From Squalus acanthias (lineage: Eukaryota), in contig JASTWF010000340.1 of assembly GCA_030390025.1 (NCBI GenBank), positions 496,001 through 520,786 of the forward strand: a stretch of DNA of 24,786 nucleotides, written 5' to 3'. The notes below the pieces were generated by a model that searched no databases, was not told the origin of the DNA, and saw only the letters and a list, made by a program, of their open reading frames with translations. Within the stretch, counting starts at the first letter, position 1. Each line of letters begins with the position of its first letter. A program made the position numbers and the translations under genes. Positions 10,959 to 21,674 of this stretch are shown one piece after another.

Positions 10959-13720
10959 ATGAAAAATGATGAAAAAACAAAGTTAAAAGCTCTATATCTG
11001 AATGCACGCAGCATTCGTAACAAGTTAAATGAGTTGACGGCACAAATAGATACAAATGGGTATGATCTGATCGCCATTGCAGAGACTTGGTTGCAAGGCG
11101 ACCAGGGCTGGGAACTGAATATTCCAGGGTATATGATACTTCGGAAGGATAGAAAGAAAGGAAAGGGAGGTGGGGTGGCTTTGTTGGTAAACGATGGGAT
11201 TAGTGCAGTGCTGAGAAGTGATATTGGCTCAGAAGATCAAGATGTAGAATCGGTTTGGGTGAAGATAAAAAAATTAAGGGAAAATGTCTCTGGTGGGCGT
11301 AGTGTACAGGCCCCCGAACAGTAGCAATGCTGTTGGACAGAGTATAAATCTACAAATAATGGAGGCCTGTAAAAATGGTCCGGTAATAATCATGGGTGAT
11401 TTTAATCTCCATATTGATTGGACAAATCAAATTGGCCATGGAAGCCTGGAGGAGGAGTTCATAGAGTGTATCCGGGATGTTTTCCGAGAACAGTATGTAA
11501 TGGAACCAACCAGGGAGCAGGCTATCTTGGATCTGGTACTATGTAATGAGACAGAATTAATAAATGATCTCATAGTAAAGGATCCTCTAGGAAAGAGTGA
11601 TCATAGCTTGGTTGAATTTCAAATTCAGTTGGAGGGTGAGAAAGTTGTATACCAAACCAGTGTCCTGATCTTAAACAAAGGCAATTATAATGGCATGAGG
11701 GCAGAACTGGCTAAAGTGGACTGGACAAACAAATTAAAGGGTAAGAAGGTTGAAATGCAGTGGCGGACATTTAAGGAGATATTTCATAACTCTCAACAAA
11801 AATATTTTAAGAGAAGGGAGCACCATTCGTGGCAAACTAAGGAAGTAAAGGATGGCATCAAATTGAAAACGAAGGCATAAAATGTTGCCAAGATTGGTGG
11901 GAGACCAGAGGATTGGGAAAAATGTTAAAACCAACAAAGGATGACTAAAAAAGTAATAAATAGAGAGAAGATGATTTATGAGAGTAAGCTGGCATGAAAC
12001 ATTAAAACAGATAGTAAGAGCTTCTACAGGTATATAAAAAGGAAGAGGGTAGCTAAAGTAAACGTTGTTCCCTTAGAGGATGAGACTTGGGAATTAATAA
12101 TGGGGAACGGGGAAATGGCAGAGACTCTGAACAAATATTTTGCATCGCTCTTCACTTTAGAAGACACTCACAACATCCCAATAATGGATAATCAAGGGGC
12201 CAAAGGGAGTGGAGAACTAAGGACAATCACTATCACTAAAGAAACAGTACTCGGTAAAATAATCGGACTAAAAGACGACAAGTCCCCTGGAACAGATGGC
12301 ATGCATCCCAGGGTCTTAAAAGAAGTGGCTGCAGAGATACTGGATGCATTGGTTGCAATATCCCAAAATTCACTGGACTCTGGAGAGGTCCCAGCGGATT
12401 GGAAAACCGCTAATGTAACACCGCTATTTAAGAAAGTAGGGATAGGGAGAAAGAAAGCAGGAATCTATAGACCAGTTACCCTAACATCTGTCGTTGGTAA
12501 AATGCTGAAGTTCTTCATTAAGGAAGCAGTAGCAGGGCATTTAGAAAAATATACTGCAGTCAAAGTTGCTAGAGTTCTTTGAGGATGTAACAAGTAGGGT
12601 GGACAAGGATGAACCAGTATTTGGATTTCCAGAAGGCATTCCATAAGGTGCCACATAAAAGGTTACTGCAAAAGATAAGAGCTCACGGAGTTGGGGGTAA
12701 TATATTAGCATGGATAGAGAATTGGCTAACTAACAAAAAGCAGAGATTCGGGATAAATAGGTAATTTTCTGGTTGACAAACGGTAACTAGTGGGGTGCCA
12801 CAAGAATCGGTGCTGGGGCCCCAACTATTTAAAATCTACATTAATGTCTTGGATGAAGGGATCGAGTGTAACGTAGCCAAGTTTGCGGATGATACAAAGA
12901 TGAGTGGAAAAACAAGTTGTGCAGAGGACTCAATGAATCTGCAAAGGGATATAGACAAGCTAGGTGAGTGGGCAAACATTTGGCAGATGGAGTATAATGT
13001 GGGAAAGTGCGAGGTTATCCACTTCGGCAGGAAAAATAAAAAAACAAACCATTATTTAAATGAAGAGAGTTTACAAAATGCTACAGTTCAGAGGGACCTG
13101 GGGCTGCTTGTGCATGAAACACAAAAAGTTAGCATGCAGCTAGAGCAAGTAATCAAAAAGGCAAATGGAATTTTGGCGTTTATTTCAAGGGGGTTGGAGT
13201 ATAAAAGCAGGGAAGTCCTGCTACAACTGTACAAGGTATTGGTGAGACCACACCTTGAGTACTGCGTACAGTTTTGGTCTCCTTATGCAAGGAAGGGCAT
13301 ACTTGCATTGGAGGCAGTTCAGAGACGATTCACTAGGTTAATTCCAGAGATGAGGGGGTTGACTTATGAGGAAAGGTTGAGCAGGCTGGCCCTATACTGA
13401 TTGGAATTTAGAAGAATGAGATGTGATCTTATCGAAACATATATTATACTGAGGGGCTCGACAGGTTAGATGCAGAGAGGATGTTTCCCCTCATGGGGAA
13501 ACCTGGAACTCGGGGGCACAGTCTCAGAATAAAAGGTCGCCCTTTTAGAACTGAGATGAGGAGGAATTTCTTCTCTCAGAGGCTCGTAAATCTGTGCAAT
13601 TCTCTGTCCAAGAGAGCTGTGGAAGCTGGGTCACTAAATACATTTAAAGTGAAGATAGACAAATTTTTGCAAGATAAGGGAGTGAAGGGTTATGGGGAGC
13701 GGGCTAAAAAGTGGCGTTGA
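10959..13720 (+). pseudogene. CR1 ORF2: AP endonuclease + reverse transcriptase; multiple stops, frameshifts and deletions
   Basis: APE motifs LYLNARS, IAIAETW, YRPP, GDFN, SDH; RT motifs KSPGTDG, YRPVTLTS, PQESVLGP, FADDTK, LVRPHLEYC. The QHGF/SCLTNL block is missing near 12565. The true start may lie slightly upstream. Confidence 0.95.
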
Positions 13721-14959
13721 GCACGAGATCAGCCATGATATTATTGAATGGCGGAGCAGGCTCGAGGGGCCAAGTGGCCTATTCCTGCTCCTACTTCTTA
13801 TGTTTTTCTTAGGGTAATCAGAGCTCAGATCAATCAAGGCTTTAAACTTTTCTAACAAATTAGATTTATTTACGTTAAAATGCAACAAGTTTTGCAACAG
13901 TGTTCGAACGTTTCCAGGCAAAGCTCTGAAATTTCGACTCCAACGCCCTTACCATTCGGATATCGCAGCTGCTTAAGTGCAGCGGTCAGCTGAAATGCAC
14001 AAATCGCGGATCCTGCACTGAGTGTTTAATCTCGGCAATGACCATTTCGCGGGTTTCGTGATATTCAATTTGCTGCAAATTCAGTAAATTGAAAAGAGCC
14101 GCAGCGATCATTACAATAAACGAAACCCTCCGATATTGAAGAGGAGTATAACATGTTGAGAACAGTATCCAATATTCTGCAGGATAACGCAAATAAACAG
14201 CAGGAATATTGTGTTCTGCTCCCATATGACACAGATCAGCCTCAGGCTCTGCTCCCTGCCCGCCGGCTGCTGAAACCTTGTCTCCAGATGATAAACTGAT
14301 TCTAAACTGGAGCTAAAGATTCAGGATAGAGCCTAAACACAGCGGGTGGGATCAAATATATAAAGCAGTTATTTTAGACCAGAGGCAGCGTTAAATCACA
14401 TATATTTCTCAAATGCATCAATGTATGAATGTGACACTAAATGTGTTTAAATACAGTGGGGGGATTTAACACAGATTCGGGGCCAGTGGTTTCCAAGGTG
14501 ATCTTAGCTGTGGCTCTTTTGCCTCTTTCTCTCCTTCCTCCCACACTCTGCCGGTTTTAAACATGGTATTAAATCTCCTGCTCCGGGCCATTCAGCCCAT
14601 TTTAATTCATCCCTCCAGAACAACCATAGTCTTCACCCCATTGCTCAATCCAGTTGTTTCCTAAATCATTCCGGGGATTTCACCACCATCGCTCGGCCTG
14701 GAGTCCATTGGAAGTGTTGATCATTCTCCTGATATCAGTCCGAAATAGTTCACTTTTAAATTTGAGCTTCTTTCAACTTGTTCCTTCGCCCACAATGTAA
14801 TTTGAATTAGTATTCCACACAAGTTACTAACTTTTTGATCTGTGTAATACCATGTCACAGATACCTCCATTCTAAGCTGATATGTCCAAGGTGTCGATTT
14901 TAACTCCAGCAAGTGAAACAGTCCTTGTTCTGCAGGATCGGAGTGTGCCTGGTGCTGCT

Positions 14960-15027
14960 GCTCCCTCCTCTGGCCGTTGTACTGTATTGCACCACCTGCC
15001 CCCCTGCTGGCTGCTGCGCAGTACTGC
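14960..15027 (-). promoter_or_regulatory. Two tandem candidate CTCF sites with upstream (U/M2) module
   Basis: Minus strand reads GCAGTAC-N10-CCAGCAGGGGGGCA and GCAATAC-N10-CCAGAGGAGGGAGC. Confidence 0.5.
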
Positions 15028-15083
15028 TGTGCATTGGTGCACCTGATGCAATTTCGAACTCCTCTGCTTCTCGCTCTGTCATA

Positions 15084-16980
15084 AGAACGTAAGAACAAAT
15101 GAAATAGGAGCATGAGTAGGTCATTTGCCCCCTAGAACTTGCTCCGCCATTCAATAAGATCATGGCTGATCTTCTACCTGATCTCCACTTCCCTGCACTA
15201 TCCCCATAACCCTTGATACCCTTATTATTCAAAAATCTATCGATCTCTGTCTTGAATATAGTCAAGGACTGAGCCTCCACAGCCCTCTGTGGTAGCGAAT
15301 TCCAAAGATTCACCATCGTCTGAGTGAAGAAATTTCTCCTCTTCTCAGTCCTAATTGGCCGACCACTTATTCTGAGACTGTGAGCCCTGGTTCTAGACTC
15401 CCCAGCCAGGGGAAACATTCTCCCTGCATCTACCCTGTCAAGCCCTGTAAGACTTTTGTTTGTTTCAATGAGATCACCTCTCATTCTTCTAAACTCTAGA
15501 AAATATAGGCCTAGTCTACTCAATCTCTCCACAAAGGACAATCCCCCCATCCCAGTAACAAGTCTGCTGAACCGTCGTTGCACTCCCTTTATGACAAGTA
15601 TATCCTTCCTTAGGTAAGGAGAACAAAACTGTACACAATACTCCAGGTGTGGTCTCACCAAGGCCCTATATAATTGCAGTAAGACGTCTTTACTCTTATA
15701 ATCAAATCCTCTTGTAAAAAAGGCCAACATACAATTTGTTTTCCTAAGTGCTTGCTGTACCTGCAGGTTAACTTTCAGTGATCCGTGTACAAGAACACCC
15801 AAATCCCTCTGAACAACAACATTTTCCAATCTCTCTCCAGTTAAAAAATACTCTGCTTTGCTATTTTCCTACGAAAGTTTATAACTTCACATTTCTACAC
15901 ATAATAATCAATTTGCCTTGTTCTTGCCCACTCACATCGCCTGTCTATATCCCCTTGAAGCCTCCTTGCATCCTCTCACAACTTACATTCCCACCCAGCA
16001 TTTATCATCAGCAAACTTGGACACTATGGCCCAAAAATTAGACCTAATGCGGAAGAGTACGCACTGTGTACTCTTGCGTATTAGGTCCCGAAGTGCCGGT
16101 TTCCTGCATGCATTGCGCATGCGCGGGAAACCGGCACTTCGGGTATTGCAAAGGGGGCGGTTCCTAAGTGAACCGCGTGCGCGCTACAGGCTGTGCGCAC
16201 GCAGCGCACTTAGTTTTTTTTCAGGTTTGAACGCGCAGGTAAGTGTTTAAGATTTTACACATAAAGAAAGCAGGCGTAAGACCCCCTTTTAACAAGGTAA
16301 GTAGTTAATTAAGTATTATTTTAAATTTTTATCAACAGGTTTATCTTTTTTAGAGAATTTAAAGAAAGGTACATTTATTTTTATAACTTTTAAAAAGAAT
16401 TAAAAAAATTTAAATTTTTGTTTAAAGTGGTTAATTTATTTAACTATAGTTATTTTATTAATGTGATGGCTTTTAAAAAAAAATAATTGAGGTTTAGCTG
16501 TTCTTTTGGGGGCTTGTTGTATTCATAGTTTTGACAGCACTTGCTGTCAAAACTATGAATGAAAGATAGTCTGCTGCCATTGGCTCTAACTGGCCCACGT
16601 GATCCCAGAGGTCGCATCGAATTAACTGCGCCTCTGGGACACGCACACACAGCGCCGGCACCAGGGAGAGGCCCCGGACCAGAAGTTCGTGTGGGCCAAA
16701 ACCATAAAGGTAGGCGCGGAGTGCGATATCGCGGGGGATACTTACCCCCGCGGCAACCATCGAACTCCAATTTTTGGGCCATTACATTTGGTTCCCTCAT
16801 CCAAATCATTGACATAAATTGTGAATAGCTGAGGCCCAAGCACTGTTCCTTGCGGTACCCCACTAGTTCCAGCCTGAAAACCCGAAAATGACTCTTTTAT
16901 TCCGACTCTCTGTTTTCTGTCCGATAGCCAATCCTCAATCCATGCTAATATATTACCCCCAGACCCATGAGACCTAAACT
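15084..16980 (-). mobile_element. 5'-truncated CR1 LINE split by a TIR element at 16026-16782
   Basis: ORF 14900-15829 carries the RT C-terminal motifs. The RT sequence DEGTKCN|VSKFADD rejoins across the insertion, and the [10 protein letters not shown] region lies at ~16830-16862. Confidence 0.94.
16026..16782. mobile_element. Non-autonomous DNA transposon (MITE-like), 14 bp perfect TIRs, internal palindromes
   Basis: ATGGCCCAAAAATT (16026-16039) and AATTTTTGGGCCAT (16769-16782). It interrupts CR1 RT, encodes no transposase, and has GC/CpG-rich arms around an AT-rich core. Confidence 0.88.
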
Positions 16981-17249
16981 CTCCACCCTTCCGAACTCCT
17001 CGACCCTTCCTATATTCCTTGTAGCCCTTTCAATAAATCTCTCGACCATTATCCACATCTGACCGGCCTCAACTGCATAAAACCTGTGCTCTTCGTCGTG
17101 CAGTCTGTGCTTGCAATTTCTAATAATTCAGATATTGGGATGTAAACATTTCAGGTGTCTGTCATCTCCTCTTTAAGGTTTTTGTTCTTTGACAATGCAT
17201 CATTACACCATTCGTAGAGTTTTATGATTCCTTTTGACAAAAACATGTA

Positions 17250-17510
17250 TGGGACCGTGCATATGGAGCTTTACTCTGCATCTAACCCTTGCTGTACCTG
17301 CCCTGAGAGTGTTTGATGGAACAGTGTAGAGGGAGCTTTACTCTGTATCTAACCCGTGTTGTACCTGCCCTGGGACTGTTTAATGTGACAGTGTAGAGGG
17401 AGCTTCAATCTGTATCTAACCCGTGCTGTACCTGCCCTGGGACTGTTTGATGTGACAGTGTAGAGGGAGCTTCAATCTGTATCTAACCCGTGCTGTACCT
17501 GCCCTGGGAG
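17250..17510 (+). repeat. 67-bp satellite units (~4)
   Basis: Same unit as 6746-7640. Confidence 0.93.
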
Positions 17511-17517
17511 GGTTTGT

Positions 17518-17790
17518 GTGTCTCACTCACTCACTCCCTCTCTCTCTCCATGTCGCTCCCTCTCTCTCTCCCTCAATTTCGCTCCCTCTGTCTTTCTCTC
17601 TCTCAATGTCTATTCCTCTCTCTCTCTCTTTCGCTCCTTCCCCTCTCTGCTGCTGTCCATCTCCCATCTCTCGCTCTCTCTTCGTCTATTCTGCCAACAC
17701 GCTACCTCTATCCCTAATTTTCTCCTTTTCCATGTGCACCTGTCTTTCTTTCTCTCTCCCTCTCTCTCTGTTCCCGCTCTGATTTTTTTC
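17518..17790 (+). repeat. CT-rich low-complexity polypyrimidine tract (copy at 21965-22225)
   Basis: Base composition; it produces spurious Ser/Leu ORFs. Confidence 0.9.
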
Positions 17791-18217
17791 TTGATTGAAA
17801 AGTACCTTGAAATATTTCAGCCTGACTGTTTAAAATAACAACAATAAATCACATTTCTGTGACATTTTTATATCTTAAGCATAGTGCTCGGAATCTGTTG
17901 GCGATATCTAGTTTCAAAATCTGAATATTTGAGTGTTTAAAATTGACTGGGATATTGATACAGAGAATGTTTCAGACATTCCTGCATTGTGGAACGATGT
18001 GAGATCTTTGCAGAAGCAGGAAATAGGATTGTTGAAAGGAGATGCAGATTTTGTTTGTTTGAATAGGGTGAGAATTAGATCGTGTCTGACTAACTTCAAA
18101 CTCTTCAAACACATGAAGGAACAAGAGATGGGGGCAATACACAAACCTGAGACCCCAGACAAGGGCCGAAGGAAGGTTGGTTCACAGATGAACCATTCTC
18201 CAGGCTGATAGTTAAGG

Positions 18218-18340
18218 GGTGATGTCATTCTGGAGGCCTGGGCAAACATACAGAAAGCAGGAGTTCAAATCCCTCCCTGGGCTATTGTCAATTTGAATTC
18301 TGTTCTTTTGAAATAAAATAAATCTGGAATAAAAAAACTT
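18218..18340 (+). mobile_element. tRNA-derived SINE 5' fragment (SacSINE1/DeuSINE-like); copy at ~22641-22765
   Basis: B-box-like GAGTTCAAATCCC followed by AATTTGAATTC...AATAAATCTGGAATAAAAAA. The family assignment is from memory. Confidence 0.55.
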
Positions 18341-19599
18341 TCAAAACAGAATGACTCCCTCCCGCCTGGTACTGTGCAGCCGAGTGTGCCGGACAGCACA
18401 AGGCGGGAGTGAATTGTTGCCTTTTACCTGCTGTGTGTACTGTATAAAGATACAGATTAAAGTCTGTATATTTTGGTGTTTGTGTGTGTGTGTATGTTGG
18501 AGATGGATTTTGGATATATTTTAAGATGGAGATCTAAAGATAAAAATAAGGAGCGTTTAAAATCGGGGATGTTAATAGAAACATGATTTATGTAATGAAG
18601 TATAAGAATTGCAGGAACCTACTTTAGAAGAAACCACTCTTTGTTAATTGAGAAAGACACGGAAAATACGTTGATTAAACTGATAACGTACAATTTAATT
18701 TGGATTGAATGTTTGAAATAGGAGATTAAAAATTGAGAGAACAATGACGTTTGTTTGTTTGTTTCGTGGGGAAGAACCTAAAATAATTCTACTCTTTTCA
18801 TGATAAGAGCAGGGATTAATATTTTGGAGAATGTCTGAGAGAAAAACATTAGAAGCGAAATAGGTAAATTATAAATCTTTAATTTAACATATGAATAAAC
18901 ATCTCCAAGTCGGTCTGACTGGTTCTGCTGTCCAGGAAGAAAGACAGATTATTATTTCTGTTCAGTCATAGCTTTTCCTGCTTTGTGTTTATAATTAAGT
19001 GACGCAAACTTTTTGTATATTTGTCAATTGTAAATTAACAACAATAAGTCACATTTCTGTGACAATATTTATCTCTTAAACGATTGAATTTGTGGCTCGG
19101 AATCTGGCTGTTAAATCTAGTTTAATTACCTGAAAGATTTGAGTGTTTAAAGTTGATCTAGGATATGGGATGAAAAGCTTTTTCTGACATTCCTGCATTG
19201 TGGAACATTATGATATCGTTGCAGAGGCAGGAAATGACATTGTTGATTGGAGGTGCAGTTTTTGCACAGGGCAGCACCATGGCCAGGGACATGCTTTTCC
19301 TGATCTGCTGCATCCTGTGTAGATCAGAAACAGATTCAGGTGTTCATATTAATCACCCGAAGACAACTAAATGGGTAAACAATGTCTGACCAACGCCAGA
19401 GACTTCAAGCGCAGGAGATGGTGGAATATATAAAACCCAAGGTTCCCAGAGCAGATGAGGCAGCAGGTGTTAGCACACGTTCTAGTTCTGAATCTCTTGT
19501 GTCTTTGGAGCAGGTTCAGTTTAACTTTAAAATGACTCTCTCAAATAATAGGCCTGAGAGAGATCCTGACAGAAATTAAGAACAGACATTCTGAGAGTT

Positions 19600-20090
19600 T
19601 CAAAGAGAGAGGGGTAGCGATTTCAAGAAATACAAAATTATCAAGTAATAAAGGAAAGGTACAGCGAGATACAGAAATATAAAGCGAGATCGATATAGAG
19701 AGAGGCACATAGAGAGAGATGTACCGAGATATAAAGGAAACTGTAGAAATACAGAGCTATGATGAAAAGCATCAGAGATACAGGACACCAGTCTTTATAC
19801 AACCTGCGTGTGTGCCCCACTGGTCTCAGAATGTAACCCAGGGACCCTCACCGCCTGTCTCTCCAAATCTAAGTAAAACATCTTTCATTCTCTTATTTCA
19901 TCACTCCCAAATTCCCAGAGAACAACTGAGAGAAACTGAGGACCAGAAAGCAGATAGTGAGAAATACAAAGACAGGGATCAAGTAAAGAACTACAAAGAT
20001 ATATGGAGCGATTAAGGTGCAGAAAGAAATTAAAGGAGAGATGGATAGAGAGAGGTACAGAGAAAGATGGAGAAATACAGATAGAAATAC
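19600..20090 (+). repeat. GA/A-rich low-complexity tracts (copy at 23930-24420)
   Basis: Base composition. Confidence 0.7.
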
Positions 20091-20340
20091 GGAGCGATTA
20101 AATTCGGGGATGCGCAAGCGCCCAGTATTGGAGGAGCGCAGATATCTCAAAGGGCTGTAGGGACGGAGGAGGCTACAGCGATAGGGAGGGGCAAGACGAA
20201 TAATAAAATTGAAGCGTTGCCAGGCCGGGAGTCAATGTAGGTCAGCGAGCACAGGGGTGATGGGTGAAAGGGACTTGGTGCGAGTTAGGAGAAACAAAGG
20301 CATGGATGAGGGTTTCAGTAGGTCACTGTGCAATTTCACA
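20090..20340 (-). mobile_element. L2 LINE RT C-terminal fragment, internally deleted
   Basis: Homologous to copy B; LRSSNTGRLRIP appears in ORF 19893-20150. Confidence 0.8.
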
Positions 20341-20354
20341 TCAATCACTCACTG

Positions 20355-20450
20355 GATCGGTATAGCACAGGTTAGATACAGATTAAAGCTGTTTCTACAC
20401 TGTCACATCAAACACTCACTGGGTCGGTACAGCATTGTGAGATACAAGTT
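20355..20450 (-). repeat. Inverted degenerate 67-bp satellite units
   Basis: GCACAGGTTAGATACAGATTAAAGCT...TCTACACTGTCACATCAAACACTC is the reverse complement of the unit. Confidence 0.85.
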
Positions 20451-20656
20451 AATGTGTCTCTGCTGCTGTGAAGTAGGACACTGTAAAAAGTGTGCCTGTG
20501 TACAGTGTGTCTCTCCCAGTGTTTTAGTCGGACTCTGTAACAAGTATGTTTGTGTTCAGTGTGTATCTCTCCCAGTGTGGAGTCGGAATCTGTAACAAGT
20601 GTGCCTGCGTTCAGTGTGTGTCTCTCCCAGTGTGAAGTCGGTCTCTGTAACAAGTA
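20451..20656. repeat. ~54-bp tandem repeat (GTGTGTCTCTCCCAGTGTGGAGTCGGACTCTGTAACAAGTGTGCCTGTGTTCA); resumes at 21580-21648 after a CR1 insertion
   Basis: About four units precede the CR1 and about one follows it. Confidence 0.85.
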
Positions 20657-21577
20657 GAAACATAGAAAAATAGGAGCAGGAGTAGGCCATTCGAGCCTGC
20701 TCAACCATTCAATATGACCATGGCTGCTGCTCTATCTCAATATCATATTCCCGCTCTCTCCCCATACCCTTTGATGCCTTTTGTGTCTAGAAATCCATCT
20801 ATCTCCTTCTTAAATATATTCAGTGATTGGGCCTCCAAAGCCTTCTGTGGTAGAGAATTCCACAGGTTCACCACCCTCTGAGTGAAGAAATTTCTCCTCA
20901 TTTCAGTCCTAAATGTCCTACACCGTCTCCTGAGTCTGTGACCCCTCGTTCTAGACCCCCCCAGCCAGGGGAAGCATCCTCCCTGCATCCAGCCTGTCTA
21001 GCCCTGTCAGACATTTATACGTTTTAATGAGATCCCCTCTCATTCTTCTAAACTCTAGTGAATACAGGCCTAATCGAACCAATTTCTCCTCATACGACAC
21101 CTCTGCCATCCCAGGAATCAGTCTGGTGAACCTTCGCTGCACGCCCTCTATGGCAAGTATATCCTTTCCTAGGTAAGGAGACCAAAACTGCACACAGTAC
21201 TCCAGGTGTGGCCTCACCAAGGCCCTGTATGTCTGTAGTAAGACATCCTTGCTCCTGTTCTCAAATCGTCTTGCAATGAAGACCAACATACCATTTGCCT
21301 TCCTAACTGCTTGCTGCACCTGCATGTCTGATTTCAGTGACTGGTGTACAAGGACACCCAGCTCCATTTGTACATCAACATTTCCCAATCTATCACCATT
21401 TCAATAATACCCTGCCTTTCTCTTTTTCCTACCGAAGCGGATAACTTCACATTTATCCACGTTATACGGCAACTGCCATGTATGTGCCCACAGACCCAAC
21501 TTGTCTATATCGCTTTGAAGCCTCTTCGCATCCTCCTCACAACTCACAATCCCACCTAGTTTGGTGTCGTCAGCAAG
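20657..21577 (-). mobile_element. 5'-truncated CR1 LINE
   Basis: ORFs 20951-21388 and 20743-20988 carry RT C-terminal motifs and are separated by a frameshift. The element begins at ADDTK (GGTGTCGTCAGCA) and has the tail AGAAACATAGAAA. Confidence 0.95.
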
Positions 21578-21674
21578 CTTGTGTCCCTGTGAACAGCGTG
21601 TGTCTCTGCTGTTGTGGAGTCGAACTCTGTAACCAGTGTCCCTGTGTGAGGGAACTTTAAAACAATTCGTGCTT

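Larger units (their letters stand above)
9541..13810 (+). mobile_element. Near full-length CR1 LINE (5'UTR, ORF1, ORF2, 3'UTR), inactivated
   Basis: A CpG-rich 5'UTR, ORF1, APE/RT ORF2 and the CR1 3'UTR (GAATGGCGGAGCAGGCTCGAGGGGCC...CCTGCTCCTACTTCTTATGT) occur in the expected order. Confidence 0.96.
17250..20450 (+). repeat. Segmental duplication unit A
   Basis: Colinear and highly similar to 21675-24786, with offset 4447 at the start and 4332 after a deletion in B. Confidence 0.96.

Noticed and set aside
9541..13810. Active autonomous CR1 or domesticated esterase gene
   Set aside because: ORF1 has two stops and has lost the catalytic His; ORF2 has multiple stops, frameshifts and deletions.
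16738..16746. ATACTTACC, identical to the U1 snRNA 5' end
   Set aside because: No further U1 homology; it is simply an antisense splice-donor consensus.
18260..18275. tRNA gene suggested by B-box GTTCAAATCC
   Set aside because: No cloverleaf or good A-box; it fits a decayed SINE head.
19382..19579. 65-aa ATG ORF (MSDQRQRLQ...) open in both duplicated units (also 23714-23911)
   Set aside because: All 7 substitutions I count between the copies are non-synonymous, so there is no sign of purifying selection. It has no recognisable domain, and retention is explained by recent duplication. An exon cannot be fully excluded.
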